61,200 nt of DNA from Octopus sinensis (lineage: Eukaryota). The stretch is from positions 1 to 61,200 of the forward strand of contig NW_021832972.1 in the NCBI RefSeq assembly GCF_006345805.1, given 5' to 3'. Below are positions 24,006-37,060 of this stretch, in pieces (the stretch's first letter is position 1; each line of letters opens with the position of its first letter). The notes beneath the pieces were generated by a model. The model had not been told where the DNA came from. It made no database searches and saw only the letters and a program-made list of their open reading frames with translations. A program made the position numbers and the translations under genes.

Positions 24006-25232
24006 GTTAGTTTTTTAATTTTGTTTTTCCTAGCAATTTTTTACACCATTGAAAAGTGAATTTGAATGATTGTTCCTTGGAAGCACCTAAAATGTTATAT
24101 TCCAGTTATGTTGTCATTGCTAAATCTGGCCACTGTATGGCAAAAATGCACAAACTGAATAAAGAAAGTGGTATATTGATCCTACTTGCCACCCTAGCAT
24201 ATTTGCACATGGCAAGAGGTCAAATAGGACACAGATTGAAGGCTTCAAATATTGAGTTTGAACTGGAATTTCAAGAAATGGATGGACTAATTACTAAGTA
24301 AACATATATTTCTACAAAAAATGCACTAAATTGAGTTTAATAAGTCTTCTAGACCCCAAACTTAGCGTGAAATCATTGTATTGAGAATGTTGTTTATTCC
24401 CTCATGCTGTTTTAATGTGGAGAGCTACGAGGCAAACTTAGCAGATATTCTTGTGTATGTAAATTTTGTTTTTCTTTGAGAAATATTGGTCAAATTCCAC
24501 CAATAAAATTTATATTGTGCAATGAATATAATTTTGTAGACTATTAAAGTCAGATGTGATGTTTTGGTTTTTTTTCCCTATTTCGAATACAGTTGGAATA
24601 ATTTGTGTCATTTTGGGTTTTTTTTCTCTCTCTCCCTTACTAACAAGTTTGTTGTAAGTTATAAATGTTAATGCCTTTAATTTATGTTTAAAGCAAGGAA
24701 TTAATTTTCACATTTTGTTTGTTTTTTTAATCTAGGTCTACATGTAATTTTGAGAAAGGTATGAGGTGGTTGAGAGATGTGCTAGAAACAAAGGCTAAAT
24801 CTCCCTTAAATTATACATATTTTCTTTGAAAATATTTTCAAAAGTTTTGTTTTTTATTTTTTACTGAGAAGGCTTCACCCATCGTTTTAAGTGCAAAGGG
24901 TAAACAAAATTGGCCGAAATTAGTCCAGAGGTGGGTGGTGGTGGAAAGAAAGCAAATTTTCAAAAATTTTTTTCATTAAAAAGCTTACCCCCATCATTTC
25001 AAAAACCATGATGCAAAAAAAAAAAAGGAAAAATCCCCGTCAAAATGGAGAAAATCTAATTTCCTGATCCAAAACTCCACCATTTATAGCCATTTTTAAT
25101 ACTCTATTAAAATTTTATTGAAATGGTGTCTTGTCCCCAAATCTCATGATTTATTTACCTCCATACCTATCGGGCTGAGTAAAAAGTAAGCAAAGTTTTG
25201 AAACATGAAATTCATCACAATATATTTCAACA

Positions 25233-25407
25233 GTACAGTTCTATATTTAAGAGATGAGGAATTATCTACATTATTTACATTTGACGGATATTTGTCCTCA
25301 TCTTGTTTGTTTCAGCTGATATACCCTCCAACCTTCATCAGGTGTCTTGGGGAGTTTTGAACCTGGGTTCTCATTCCTAAGGTATTTTTCAATGTTGTTG
25401 TTGTTGC

Positions 25408-25444
<37 letters not shown>
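25233..25444 (-). mobile_element. 3' half of a tRNA-headed hammerhead element (HHR plus tail) and (AAT)n
   Basis: The minus strand reads GACAC-CTGATGA-AGGTTG..CAGCT-GAAAC; stem III/I are deleted. Homologous to 51578-51760. Confidence 0.85.
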
Positions 25445-25445
<1 letters not shown>

Positions 25446-27118
25446 TATGTTTGACTTTTGCTTTACATTTCCACAAGCTGGCTCCAAGTCTCACCCAGAG
25501 ACCTTAAGAGACAACAAGTTGGAAGTTCATGTTGGTGTTATGCCTAGGGTGCCATATATTTTTTGTACTTAGTGTTGTACTAGTGAATGTCTAAAGAACC
25601 ATACAAAAATTATATTTGTTTTAAAACTTGAGGTTACATAGAAAGTATTTTGCGTAGGATATGAGCAGTTCCCATGAGCACTATCTTTTGAATTTCTGCC
25701 ATTTTTGGGTTTCCTGGTATCTGAGTTAGGTAGCAATCAGCCCCTTTTGCTATCATTCCCAGGGCACCTATGACAACAGGTATTGTTTTAGTCTTCGGGT
25801 TCCACATTTTGCTGATTTCTATTTCAAGATCTTTATATTTGCTCAGTTTCTGGTAGGTCTTGACAGATACGTTTATATCGATTGGGACAGTCATATCAAT
25901 GAGGAGGCATGTTTTTTGTCTGAAGTCTTTTACTATGATGTCTGGCCTGTTCACATCTATCTTTCTGTCAGTTTGAATGGTGAAGTTCCAGAGGAGTGAG
26001 ATGTGGTCATTTTCAAGCACTGGAGGTGGTTTGTGTTCCCACCAGTTTTTATCATGGGGCAAGTCCAGGGTTTTGCAAATTACCCAGTGAATATATTGTG
26101 CAGCTCTATCATGCCTGTTGAGATACTCTGTAGGCGCAAGAAGACTGCACTTGGAGACAATATGATCAATGGTTTCATTTTGTTGTTGACATACACGACA
26201 TGTTGGGCTACTGCCATTCTTTAATATGTTGACCTGGTAGTTTCATGTAGGTAGGCATTGATCTTGAGCTGCTATGATAAACCCTTCTGTTTCAGGTTTT
26301 AAGCCAGATGCCATTAGCCATTGATGGGTCAGGGCTTTGTCAGCATCTGCATTATTCGCTCTCTTTGGGTATTTGCCATTGAGAGGTTTTTTTTGCCATT
26401 TATCATTCAGAATATCCAAGGCAGCAGTTTTAGCACGGGTTTTCATGTGCTTAGCTTTTTCTGCGATGGTTTCTTGTATGTCTAATTCCGAAATTTGTTG
26501 TATTTGGAATTCACTTAGATATTCCTTTGCCTGTTTTGTTACTGAGTATGATGCTTTCTTGTTTTCATGTTTTGAGACAAGTTTTAACATCCAGTCCTCA
26601 GAGTTTTTCAGGTAGGTGTCTCGGCCAATTGTTGTAATCTTCATTGTTATTGCCAATTGTAAAAGTCCACGGCCTCCCTCTTTTCTTGGCAGATAAAGTC
26701 ATTCTATATCTGCCTTAGGGTGGTGCATTCTATGCATTGTCAACAGTTTTCGTATTTTTCTGTCAAGATTACATATTTCAGTAATTGACCAGTTAACGAT
26801 ATTGAAACTGCAAGTCATGACTGGTATGGCTAAATCATTGATCACTTCGATCCTGTTTCTCGCATTCAGCTCTGTCTTGAGTATTGCTCTTACTCTGCGA
26901 TAACATTCTCTCCTGATCCTTTCCTTCATCACTGAATGCCTTATTCCATCCCCTTCAATTACCCCTAGGTACTTGTAGCTCTCCGCTGGGTCTAACTCTT
27001 TTATGACATTCTGCTGGTCAAGGTAAACGTTAGATGTTTCTGTCATTTTTCCTATGATAAAGGTAGCTTTTGCACATTTATCGAGGCCAAATTGCATTCT
27101 GATGTCATCACTGAATTT
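25445..27118 (-). mobile_element. Dong/R4-clade LINE, 5' truncated (RT thumb plus restriction-like endonuclease, REL)
   Basis: MQFGLDKCAK, YKYLG, GLKPETEGFIIAAQDQCLPT, RPDIIV..LLIDMTVP and KLSKYKDL. Flanked by (AAT)n. Confidence 0.9.
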
Positions 27119-27126
27119 TATTATTA

Positions 27127-27163
<37 letters not shown>

Positions 27164-27199
27164 CATTATTATTATAATTATTATTATTATTATTATTCA

Positions 27200-28345
27200 G
27201 TAGTTTTATTTTTATAGCGTGCTTTCACTTCACTACCGAGCGCAGCTCTGTGTGCCTTGGGTATGTGCTGTGATTTGTTGTGATGCTCTGATGGTTATTG
27301 TATGGAAAGTGTTCTGCGTAGGATGTGTGCAGTGCCTAGTAGTGCAATTTTCTGTATGTTATATGTGTTTGTAAGTCCTGGTGTTTTTGTTATGTATTTG
27401 TCTGAATATTTTTTTATCATGCCTAATGCACCTACTATGATAGGAATTGTTTCTGTTTTCAGATTCCACATTCTAGTTACCTCTATTTCCAGGTCTTTGT
27501 ATTTTGAGAGTTTCTCCATTTCTTTTAGAGACACGTCATCTGCCGGTATTGATACATCAATTAGTAAGCATTTTTTTTCTTCATGATCTCTGACAACTAT
27601 ATCTGGTCTGTTGGCCTTAATTTCTCTATCTGTGTGTATCGGCATATCCCAGAGTATGGTTGCTTTCTCGTTTTCTGTGACCTTTTCTGGTGTGTGCCTA
27701 TACCATCTTTTTTCTGTTGTTATTCCATAATGTTGGCATAGCTTCCAATGTATGTAGGTTCCAACTCTGTCATGTCTGTGAATATATTCCTTCTTAGCCA
27801 GGACTGGGCAGCTAGAGATAATATGATTTATTGTTTCTTGTCCATCTCCACATATTCTGCAGTTACTTGTAATATTTCTTTTCATTACATGTTTTTGGTA
27901 ATTTCTGGTGGGGAGGCTTTGGTCTTGTGCTGCAATTAAAAATCCCTCTGTTTCTGCTTTGAGTCCTGAGCTTCTCAACCATTGCTGGGATTTTTCTTTG
28001 TCTATTTCTTTTGCGTTTAGTTTAGTGCAGTATTTACCATGAAGGGGCTTTTCTTGCCATCGTTTTATCATGGTTCTTTGCTGTTCTATTTTTAGTTTGG
28101 ATTTCATTTGTTTTATAGCTTGTTGTTTCTTCATCATCTTCTTCTTCTTCTTCGTGTTTATTAGGTGGTATGATTTCTTGTTTGTATTTGTCAGCTTCCT
28201 TAAATACTGAGAACAGTTTTTTGTTTTGCTCGTGTTTTGCTGCTATCTGGATCAGTTTTCCTTCCTTCTGAAGTAGGTATTTTTGCAGTCCTATGGTGGT
28301 TATTTTATAGTAGTTTTCCAGCTGTATAAGGCCTCTACCACCTTC
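27200..28345 (-). mobile_element. Second, distinct Dong/R4-clade LINE, 5' truncated
   Basis: 280-aa ORF with a CRICGDGQETINHIISSC zinc knuckle, RHD motif and RPDIVV..LIDVSIP REL endonuclease. Different 3' UTR; flanked by (AAT)n. Confidence 0.9.
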
Positions 28346-28429
<84 letters not shown>

Positions 28430-28434
<5 letters not shown>

Positions 28435-28630
28435 TCACTGCCTGGACTCTAACTTGAAATCTTGGGGTTAGTAGCTCGTGCTCTTAACCATTATGCTATA
28501 TGCCCATGGGCTCATTGAAGTCTAATATTGGCTCCGTACCAATTAGATAATACAGTTCTATATTTAATAGATGAGGAATTATGTACATTATTTACATTTG
28601 ATGGATATTTGTCCTCATCTTATTTGTTGC
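28430..28630 (-). mobile_element. Tail-to-head junction of the tRNA-headed hammerhead element (inverted copy)
   Basis: The minus strand reads tail ...ATGAGCCCATGGGCATATAGCATAATGGTTAAGAG (head) and then (AAT)n. Confidence 0.85.
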
Positions 28631-28639
28631 TAGTGGTTG

Positions 28640-29193
28640 CTAGCGGGCTACTAACCGCAAGATTCTGAGTTCGATTCCAGGCAGTGATCTGAATAATAAT
28701 AATAATAATAATAATAACAACAACAACATCGAAAAATACCTTAGGAATGAGAACCCAAGGTCAAAACTTTCCCAATTCACCTGATGAAGGCCGGAGGGTA
28801 TATCAGCCGAAACATGTTAACAACAAACAAGATGAGGACAAATATCTGTCAAATGTAAATAATGTACATAATTCCTCATCTCTTCAATATAGAACTGTAT
28901 TATCTAATCGGTACGGAGCCAACATTAGACTCCAATGAGCCCATGGGCATATGGCATAATGGTTAAGAACGCGGGCTACTAACCCCAAAATTCCGAATTC
29001 GATTCCAGGCAGTGACCTGAATAATAATAATAATAATAACATCGAAAAATACCTTAAGAATGAGAACCCAGGTTCAAGACTTCTCCAAGACACCTAATGA
29101 AAGCTGGAGAGTATATCAACCAAAACGTTGTGTTAACAACAAACAAGATGAGGTACAAATATCTGTCAAATGTAAATAACGTATATTTCAACA
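28640..29193 (+). mobile_element. Two tandem ~328-bp units of the tRNA-headed hammerhead element
   Basis: GGGCTACTAACC at 28645 and 28973; B-box GAGTTCGATTCC; (AAT)n; HHR cores CTGATGA at 28781 and CTAATGA at 29094. Confidence 0.88.
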
Positions 29194-30469
29194 ATGCAGA
29201 AATTTTATTCATCAAAATAAGTACCCTTACAATCAACACATTTTTGCCAATGAGTTACAAGTTTGTTTATTCCGGTAACATAAAAATCTGGAGTTCTGGA
29301 GCTGATGAACTCTTTGAATGCACTTTCAGTATTGGTTTGATTTTCGAACTCCTCTTGCAGAAACCATCAAGGTGCTTGAAAAAATGGTAGTCAGTAGGTG
29401 AAAGGTCTCAAGAATAAGCTGGGTGGGGAAGAACTTTGTAGCCAAGTTCCCTCAACTACTGGAGCATCATTAGTGAAATGTGTGGTCAAGCATTGTCATG
29501 AAGAATGATTGGTCCTCTTCTTTTGACCAGTCTGGGACAGAGGAGTAGCAGTTTTTCATTCACTTTGGCAATTTCATGGCAATATGTTTCTGCAGTAATG
29601 GTTTTTCCAGGTTTTAAGAAATTACAGTAGATGAGTCCAGCAGTACACCACCAAACAGTCAGCATAACCTTCTCTTTGAAGAGCTTGGGTTTAGGGAGTG
29701 CTTCATTTTGGTCCAACCACTGAAGAACGTTTTTTATTATTGTACAGAATCCACTCTTCATCGCAAGTTACAATATGGTTGAGAAATGGATCGGTCTGGT
29801 TACGGAGAAGAAGCAACAAGCAAATTTCGTATCTGCACATTTTCTAATTTTCATTCAAATTGTGTAGTACCCATTTGTCGAGCCTTTTTGATTTTCTGAC
29901 CTCATGCAAATGGTTGCAGGCAGTTTTCTGGCTAACTTGAAGTTCTTTTGCCAGTTCTTGAGTGGTTTTTATGTGGATCTTTCTCAATGACGTGGATCTT
30001 GACCATCATCGATGACTGATGGGCATCCACTATGCTCACTATCTTCAAGGTTCAAGTCTCCATTGCAAAATTGTGTAAACCATTTTCAAGCTGACCACTC
30101 GCTGGTCATTTCCTCACCAAATGTATCATTGATACTACAAGCAGTTTCAGCTGCTTTACATACTTTTATGATGTTGAATAGCAAAATTGCTTGAATATTG
30201 CACTTTGACAGTTTTGTTTCAGATGATTGTAGCAACAGTGAAAAAAATATCAATGATGCATTTGGATAAGTTTATGTTTGTATTATCAGACAATTGCAAA
30301 AAAATGTTAAAAAATTCATAAGTCTGCATAAATCTGTTACAAATTCTTCATGGTTCAAAAGGTTACCTACTTTTTACTCAGCCTGATATTATAAATGTGC
30401 CAAAACTCAAGCTCCTGTGGCTAGGTCTGAAAACACTGCAAAATCGACCATTTGTTACACATAACAAAA

Positions 30470-30900
30470 AAAGGTCTTGGTCACTTGTCATTGCCTCCAT
30501 GAAGCACCTCATCCCATGTCTTCCTGGGTCTACCTCCACCACAAGTTCCCTCCACAGTTAGAGACTGGCACTTCTTTACACAGCTGTCCTTGTCCATGCA
30601 CATCACATGACCATACCAGCGCAGTTGTCTCTCGTGCATACCACATCTGATGTCTCTTATGCCCAACTTTTCTCTTACACTCTCTCATACATGCACATCC
30701 AGTGATACATACTGGCTTCATTTCTTTCAAGCCTACACATGTCTTTGGCTGTTACAGCCCATGTTTCACTGTCATGTAGCATAGCTGTTCACACACAGGC
30801 ATCATAGTCTGCCTTTCACTCTCTGAACTTTGCCCAGCCTATCTGTATTCTCACAGCTACTCTCTTGGAGCATCCACCTCCGCTACTAACTTGGTCAGAT
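30470..30900 (-). mobile_element. RTE LINE 3' coding fragment
   Basis: RQLRWYGHVMCMDKDSCVKKCQSLTVEGTCGGGRPRKTW. Confidence 0.9.
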
Positions 30901-31615
30901 GATTATCAACTCAGTTTCAAATATATGACATCACAAATATAGTTACATAATTCATTTAGGCAAATTAGGCAAAATTTTGATCAATTCTTGACTATTCAAA
31001 TTGTTTCCTAAATTATTCATCCAAATTTCACAAATGAAGTATAAAAATGTTTCTTTTTGGATGCTCTTCAAGAAAAAGTACAGTAGAAATTACATTTAAA
31101 TATTTTCAAAAATTCATAGTGATACCTAATCACAATCACTACAGTTTTACCATTAATGTATCTACTATTTATTGTCAATATTGCTAGTTTTTAACCATCA
31201 TTTTAAGGGTTGTTTTACTGTTATGATAGTTACTGTTTACTCTTAACCATTGCTAAAATGTTACCATTATACTGACTGAAGTGTAAACTTAGTAACTATA
31301 GGTCCATTCTGTCAATGTCAACAGTGTAGACACTTGTAACTTGAGGTTTAACTTCTGACTTATTGATGACTGTATGACAATTGATCAAGATGTTGACATG
31401 TCTCTCTCTCTCTCTCAAAGTTTTGTTCTTATTCTGGTAGAATATATATATATTTTTTCACTCTAACTGCTGCTAAGAGAAACTCCAGGTGGTGGTAGTG
31501 GTGGGGGAATATTAACAGGAATATGTAAAGTGGATTTGAAGACTAAATCTTGAACAATGTAACAAGGTTATTAGAGTGATTTATTGTTTGTTATGTTTTT
31601 TTTCTCTTATTTCAG

Positions 31616-31708
31616 GGAAAGAATGTGTTATTTGTAACCAATAATAGTACCAAATCTAGAAAAGATTATTGTATTAAATTCTCACAGTTAGGTTTTGAAG
31701 TAAAAGAG
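31616..31708 (+). CDS. PGP: PGP-like exon: GKNVLFVTNNSTKSRKDYCIKFSQLGFEVKE
   Basis: TTTCAG acceptor and GTAAGT donor; 93 nt, phase 0-0. Contains HAD-IIA motif II FVTNNS. Confidence 0.93.
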
Positions 31709-31969
31709 GTAAGTTGTTTTATTTTATTTTGATTTTTCTGGAAAGGTGAGCATATCAGATTAGGTCTAAACATTTTGTGAACGATATACATGACATGGTT
31801 TTAAGTTTTAGTTATAACATTTTGTCTTCACTTTCACTCTTAACACTCTTGGAAAAGTATGCTTATTACATCCTTTCATTTTTCCTATATATTAGAAATA
31901 TTTTCAAGTAGAGCAGTTATGCTTACAGCCTAGAAATTTTACCACAAATCTCAAACTTTTCTGCTCATC

Positions 31970-32330
31970 ATCGTCATCATTGTCATCATCATCATCATCC
32001 TTTAATGTCCGTTGTCCATGCTGGCATGGGTTGGATAGTTTGGCCAGGCTGGCATGGGCAGGATGGTTTGACGGGGCTGGCACACTGGAAGGCTGCATCA
32101 GACTCTAGTTTGATTTGGCATGGTTTTCTAGAGCTGGATACCCTTCCTAATACCAACCACTCCAAGAGTGTAATAGGTGCTTTTACGTGCCACCGACATG
32201 GGTGCCAATTTGCGTGACACCGGTATCTGCCATGATTATGATTTTCCATGAGGGTCTTCTTCTCAAGTATGACATAATGCCAAAGGTCTCGGTCATCGCT
32301 TCCATGAGGCCCAACACTTGTCTGTAAGTA
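31970..32330 (-). mobile_element. RTE-family 3' UTR fragment
   Basis: (CAT)n tail and the GCTGGATACCCTTCC motif, as in 43718. Confidence 0.8.
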
Positions 32331-32399
32331 AGGATCAGAATTTCCTCAAGGAATGTAAATTAACCTTGATAGGTTTTTCTTCCCGCCTTCCTTTTTTTT

Positions 32400-35300
32400 T
32401 AGAGTCAATAAGAATTGCTGCAAGACTTTTGTTTCCTAACTCCAAGTAAGCTACATCCAACGCTTAAAAGGAACTCAGCCATTTTGCCTCTGTGAGGTAC
32501 TGTGCTTGAAGGGAACTCAGTTACTTTGCCTCTGCGAGACTCAATGCTTGAAAGTGTTCTTTATATGTCATCAGCACAGGTGCACTTGGCTTGACAGGTC
32601 CTCTCAAGCACAGCACATCGCCAAAGGTCTCACTCACTAGTTATTGCCTCTGTGTCATTGCCTTGTCCAATGTCTTCCTGTGTCTACCTCTACCACAGGT
32701 TCCCTCCACAGTTAGAGATCGGCAATTCTTCATACAGCTGTCCTTATCCATACACATCACATGACCATACCAGCACAGTTGTCTTTCTTGCACACCACAT
32801 ATGATGCCTCTTATGCCTAACATTTCTCTCAAGATGCTTACACTCTGTCAAACATGCACACTGACTTTGCACATCCAGTGAAGAATACTGGTTTCATTTC
32901 TTTCAAGCCTACACATGTCCTTGGCTGTTAGAACCCATGTTTCACTACCATGCAGCATAGCTGTTCGCACATAGGCATCAAACAATCTGCCTTTCACTCT
33001 GAGAGAGAGACCCTTTGCTGCTAGCTCTCTGAACTTTGCCCAATCTAATCTTATTTTCACAGCTATGCTCACAGGGCATCCACCTCCACTTCTAACTTGG
33101 TCACCTAGATAATAGAAGCTATCTGCTACCTCTAGCTTGCCCCCTTGGCAGCTGATGGAGTGTATTTTCTTCACATTTTCAGCACTTATTGTACCTGTGC
33201 AGCTTCCACATACAAAAGCTAGTTTCCCTGTTAACCTTCCTCTGATATTGCTGCACCTTTTATGTGTCCAAAGCTTACACTGGCTGCATCTTATGGAGTT
33301 TCTACCTACACCTTTTCTACAGTTCAAGCTAGGTCATCTACCTAAAGGGATTTGGGGTTTGTCTGCCTTCCTACTTACTAATACTTTGGTTTTTGCTAGA
33401 TTAACTCTAAGGCATTTTGATTCTAGACCTTACTTCTATACCTGGAATTTCTCTAGTTCAAGTAATGATTCAGCAATAAGAGCAAGGTCATCAGCACAGA
33501 GGAACTCCCAGGGGAAGCCTGTCTTGAATTCTTCTGTTATTGCCTGGAGAATTATGATGAACAAGAGGAGACTAAGGACCAATCCTTGGCGAACCCCTAC
33601 GTGTACCCTGAATTCTTCGTTGTACTCATTGCCAACCCTTACCTTACTGGTACCTTACTTGTACAGCTCACACCAACCATTCATCTATCCTTAGTTACTG
33701 CATTGACCACCAGATAAGGGATCAGGGGATCCTGTCAAAAGCTTTCTCTAAGTCAGCAAAAGCCAAGTACAGAGGTTTATCTTTGGCTATGTATTTCTCT
33801 TGCCGCTGCCTTACCAGAAATATAGCTTCAGTGGTGCTTTTCCCTGGCACAAAACCAAACTGCACCTCATCTAAGCTCTCTCCCAAATTAGTTGGGCTAT
33901 GACTCTCTCTGTAACTTTCATCACCTGATCCAGCAATTTGATACCTTGGTAATTATTTCTAAGGCATCACCTTTACCTTTGTAGTAGTTGACTATGGTGC
34001 TGCTACACCAGTCATTGGGTATGACTCCTTCGTGAACCACCTGATTTACAATACAGGTAACTAGACCATAACCCACACTGCCAGATATTTTAAGCATCTC
34101 AGTGGTGATTCCTGATGGGCTGGGGGCTTTCCCTGTCTTCGTATCCTTAATTGCTTTATCTACCATGGAACTGTTGATTCGAGTAGCCAGTCCCTCAATT
34201 GGGTCAACATTTGGCAGGCTCTCCTCCCACTCGTTCTTCATGTTCAGCAGTTTTTCATAATGGCATTTCCAAGCCTCTTTCCTTGCAGAATCATTAACCC
34301 TTTTGTTACTAACCCGGCTGTAGCCAGCCAAAAACGTTTTTGGTTCATAAGACCAACCCAGCTGTAGCCGGCTGAGAGAACCCATTGTTATTTAAATGTA
34401 AATTTGAATCTAAATCTCATTGGTATATTCATTAAAACATGTGATTTCACTTTGCTGACAGTTGAGTTATTGTATCCGACATTGTTTGGTGTGATATTTG
34501 AACTCATTGAATTTTGGAAGATTTTTTTCTACAATTTTTATTTGAAAATGGAGAGGAGTTTCATGCTATCAAGTAGTGATTCCGAATTTGAAGGCTTTTC
34601 AACAGAAGATATGGGAGATATTGAGGAAAAGAATGAATGAAGTGCAAAAGCATGTGGTGGACGAAAATGAATCGGATATTTCTGTTTCCGAAACTGAAAG
34701 CGATTCTGAAGAAACTGAAAGCAGTGACATAGACAGCGAGGATGATTTTACTCCAGAATGGAGTAAAAAGTTAAAGTTTTTATTAACAATTTTTCTGAGG
34801 AAACAGGATCTACCCATAGTCTTTCTCAGGAAGCGAAATCATTAGACTTATTATTTTAATTTTTTCCAGCATGCTTATTCGAAGCAATCACTGCAGGAAC
34901 AAACTGTTACGCAGAATGTAAACAAGCTGGAAAAAAAAAGGTAGCTTGTGGTTTCCTACAACAGTAGATGAAATACAAGCATTTTTTGCCATGAATATTA
35001 TTATGGGTATAAGACAGTTACCCAGAATTACAAATTACTGGAGCAATCAGGAACCTTTTGGCGATCAGTATGTTTCCAGTATTATGATCCAAATATGATT
35101 TGTGAAACTGAACCAATATTTACATGTGAGAGACACTAGCAGTACCCCAGTATGTGGAGAACCAAACTTTGATCCCTTATTTACAATAAGATCCCTCATT
35201 GACTGTGTTCAAAATGCATATAAAACATTTTACAACCCTGGGAGATACTTATCCGTTGATAAGGGAATGGTGGGATATAAAGGAAGGGTAGGCTTCCAAC

Positions 35301-37060
35301 AGTATATGCCAGGAAAGCCCACAAAATGAGGGATCAAAGTTTTGAAAATTTGTGATGCAAATACTGGGTACTGCTGTGGATTTAGCTTCTATACAGGGAA
35401 AAGTGGCAATAATGTTAGTCAGCACGGCCTAGGGTACGATGCGGTCTGGAATTTATTTCTTCCATACCATAACCAGGGCCGTATATTATCTTTTGACCGA
35501 TTTTTTTTAGTTTGGTCAAACTTGTGGTGGTTTTAGAGTCTGTGGCAATGTATACGTATGCTACAGTAATTGCTAGTAGAAAAGGGCTGCCGTTGGATAT
35601 AAAAAATGCAAAATTCAAAGAAGAGGTGAAATAATCCAATGGCAGAAAGGAAATCTGCTAGCGACCGCATACAGAGATAAGAGGCTGATAAATTTTCTAT
35701 CTACCAGTGCACAACCATGTGTAGATGAAAATGGCACCCCATTTGTGAACTTTGATTATAACAGGTACATGGGCAGTTCCGAGCAGATATAGCAATGCAG
35801 TTGAGGGCAGGTTATTCCTCCAAAAAAAGTAACTGCAGGAAGGAAAAGCAAAGCCTGCCAGAGAGATATTGCTCTGAGTTCAGCCGATCCACATAAATTA
35901 GAAAAAATCGGGAGGTTGCAAAAGGCACTGCCGTGAATGTCTACATCCAGAAAGAAAAACTCCCAGTGGACAGCCAGTTGAAATGTCATTCCAATGTGCA
36001 TTCTGTAAGGTTGCAGTATGTAGAGTAGGATTTTTTATAACTTTCCATGATAGAAATATTGTATGAATATTGTTTGTATATATGTATAATTAGATTGTAT
36101 AAATATTTTTCAAATTTACTTAGTTTAACTTTTTATTTTAATTTACCTGTAATTTTAATTTACCTATAAGGTGAGAGACAAGTTTTGATTTAATTTCTAT
36201 TGTAAATCTTTATTATATATGTTCCTGTGTATTCATGTATGTGTGTGAGTATATTTCATTCAGTTGTATTGAATTTTCTAGTTTTCTTCAAAAACAAATT
36301 CCAGTATTTTAGTTTATTTTACCTTTATGGTACACCTGTTGTTCTGTGCATTAAATTCAACTGATAATCTAGTGATGTGCACAATTCTTCTATATCAAAA
36401 TTTTGTTGAATACCTCAATTAAATATTAGCTGAGGACTAATTTTCTGTGGTAATGTTTAAACAAAATTTAAATAGTTTTACATTTTGATCAGTTTACCTG
36501 GATTTACCTGTAATTAGAATCACTTTGAGACAAAACTTATGCAATAGAATTGATTAAGAACCCTTTCTACAATTATGTTCCAAATATCACATTAATATGT
36601 TGATAAGTAAAAAAGTTACAGTTGTTTAATGAAACTAGTCTAAATTCATGATTATTTTAGAATTTAATTGAAACTCATGAGAGGTGTATTTTGGTCAGAA
36701 ATATAGTAACAAAAGGGTTAAATGCAAGTGCACCATCATCCATATAGACACATTTCTCTCCTAAGGCATCACAATTTTCTCTCACACACTGTCTTGCAAT
36801 CCAAAATATTTCTGTTCTTTTGTCCTCACGTTGCTGAACATATGCAAACTTCTTCTTTTCTGCTCTCCCTTGGCTAGATATACCTGTCTCCTAGCATCTC
36901 TTCTGGTAATCTGATACAGTTCCCTGCTACTCCCATTCTTCCAGGCCTGTTTCTTAGCTGTAATGGCCCTGTCTACTGCATCGTTCCACCACCATGTTAC
37001 CCTAGGTCTGGATGGGACTTCATTAAATATGCTAAAAACTAAATTATTGACTTCCATGCA
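32400..37060 (-). mobile_element. Decayed RTE LINE (RT plus PHD plus C-terminus) interrupted by a piggyBac
   Basis: Homologous to 44309-46400 on both sides of 34294-36721, and the reading continues across the TTAA. Confidence 0.9.
34298..36717 (+). mobile_element. piggyBac transposon, 2420 bp; PGBD4-like transposase pseudogene at ~34550-36010
   Basis: TTAA TSDs at 34294 and 36718; 14-bp TIR CCCTTTTGTTACTA; acidic N-terminus, YLSVDKGMVGYKGR..QYMPGKPTK and a C-terminal Cys cluster; multiple stops. Confidence 0.93.

Larger units (their letters stand above)
25168..30388 (-). mobile_element. mariner transposon (~1.26 kb native length) split by a 3.9-kb insertion; transposase pseudogene at ~29300-30200
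   Basis: Terminal inverted repeats (TIRs) TATCRGGCTGAGTAAAAAGTA at 25168 and 30388. Motifs VTCDEEWI, VMLTVWW, IILHDNA and HPAYS-DLSPTDYHFF. Confidence 0.9.

Noticed and set aside
24736-24758. 23-nt AG/GT-bounded microexon candidate (STCNFEK)
   Set aside because: It would shift the frame in a phase-0 intron of the PGP-like gene, whose flanking exons already join correctly.
34550-36010. Domesticated PGBD4 host gene
   Set aside because: Multiple stops and frameshifts, with intact TIRs and TSDs; it is a dead transposon copy.
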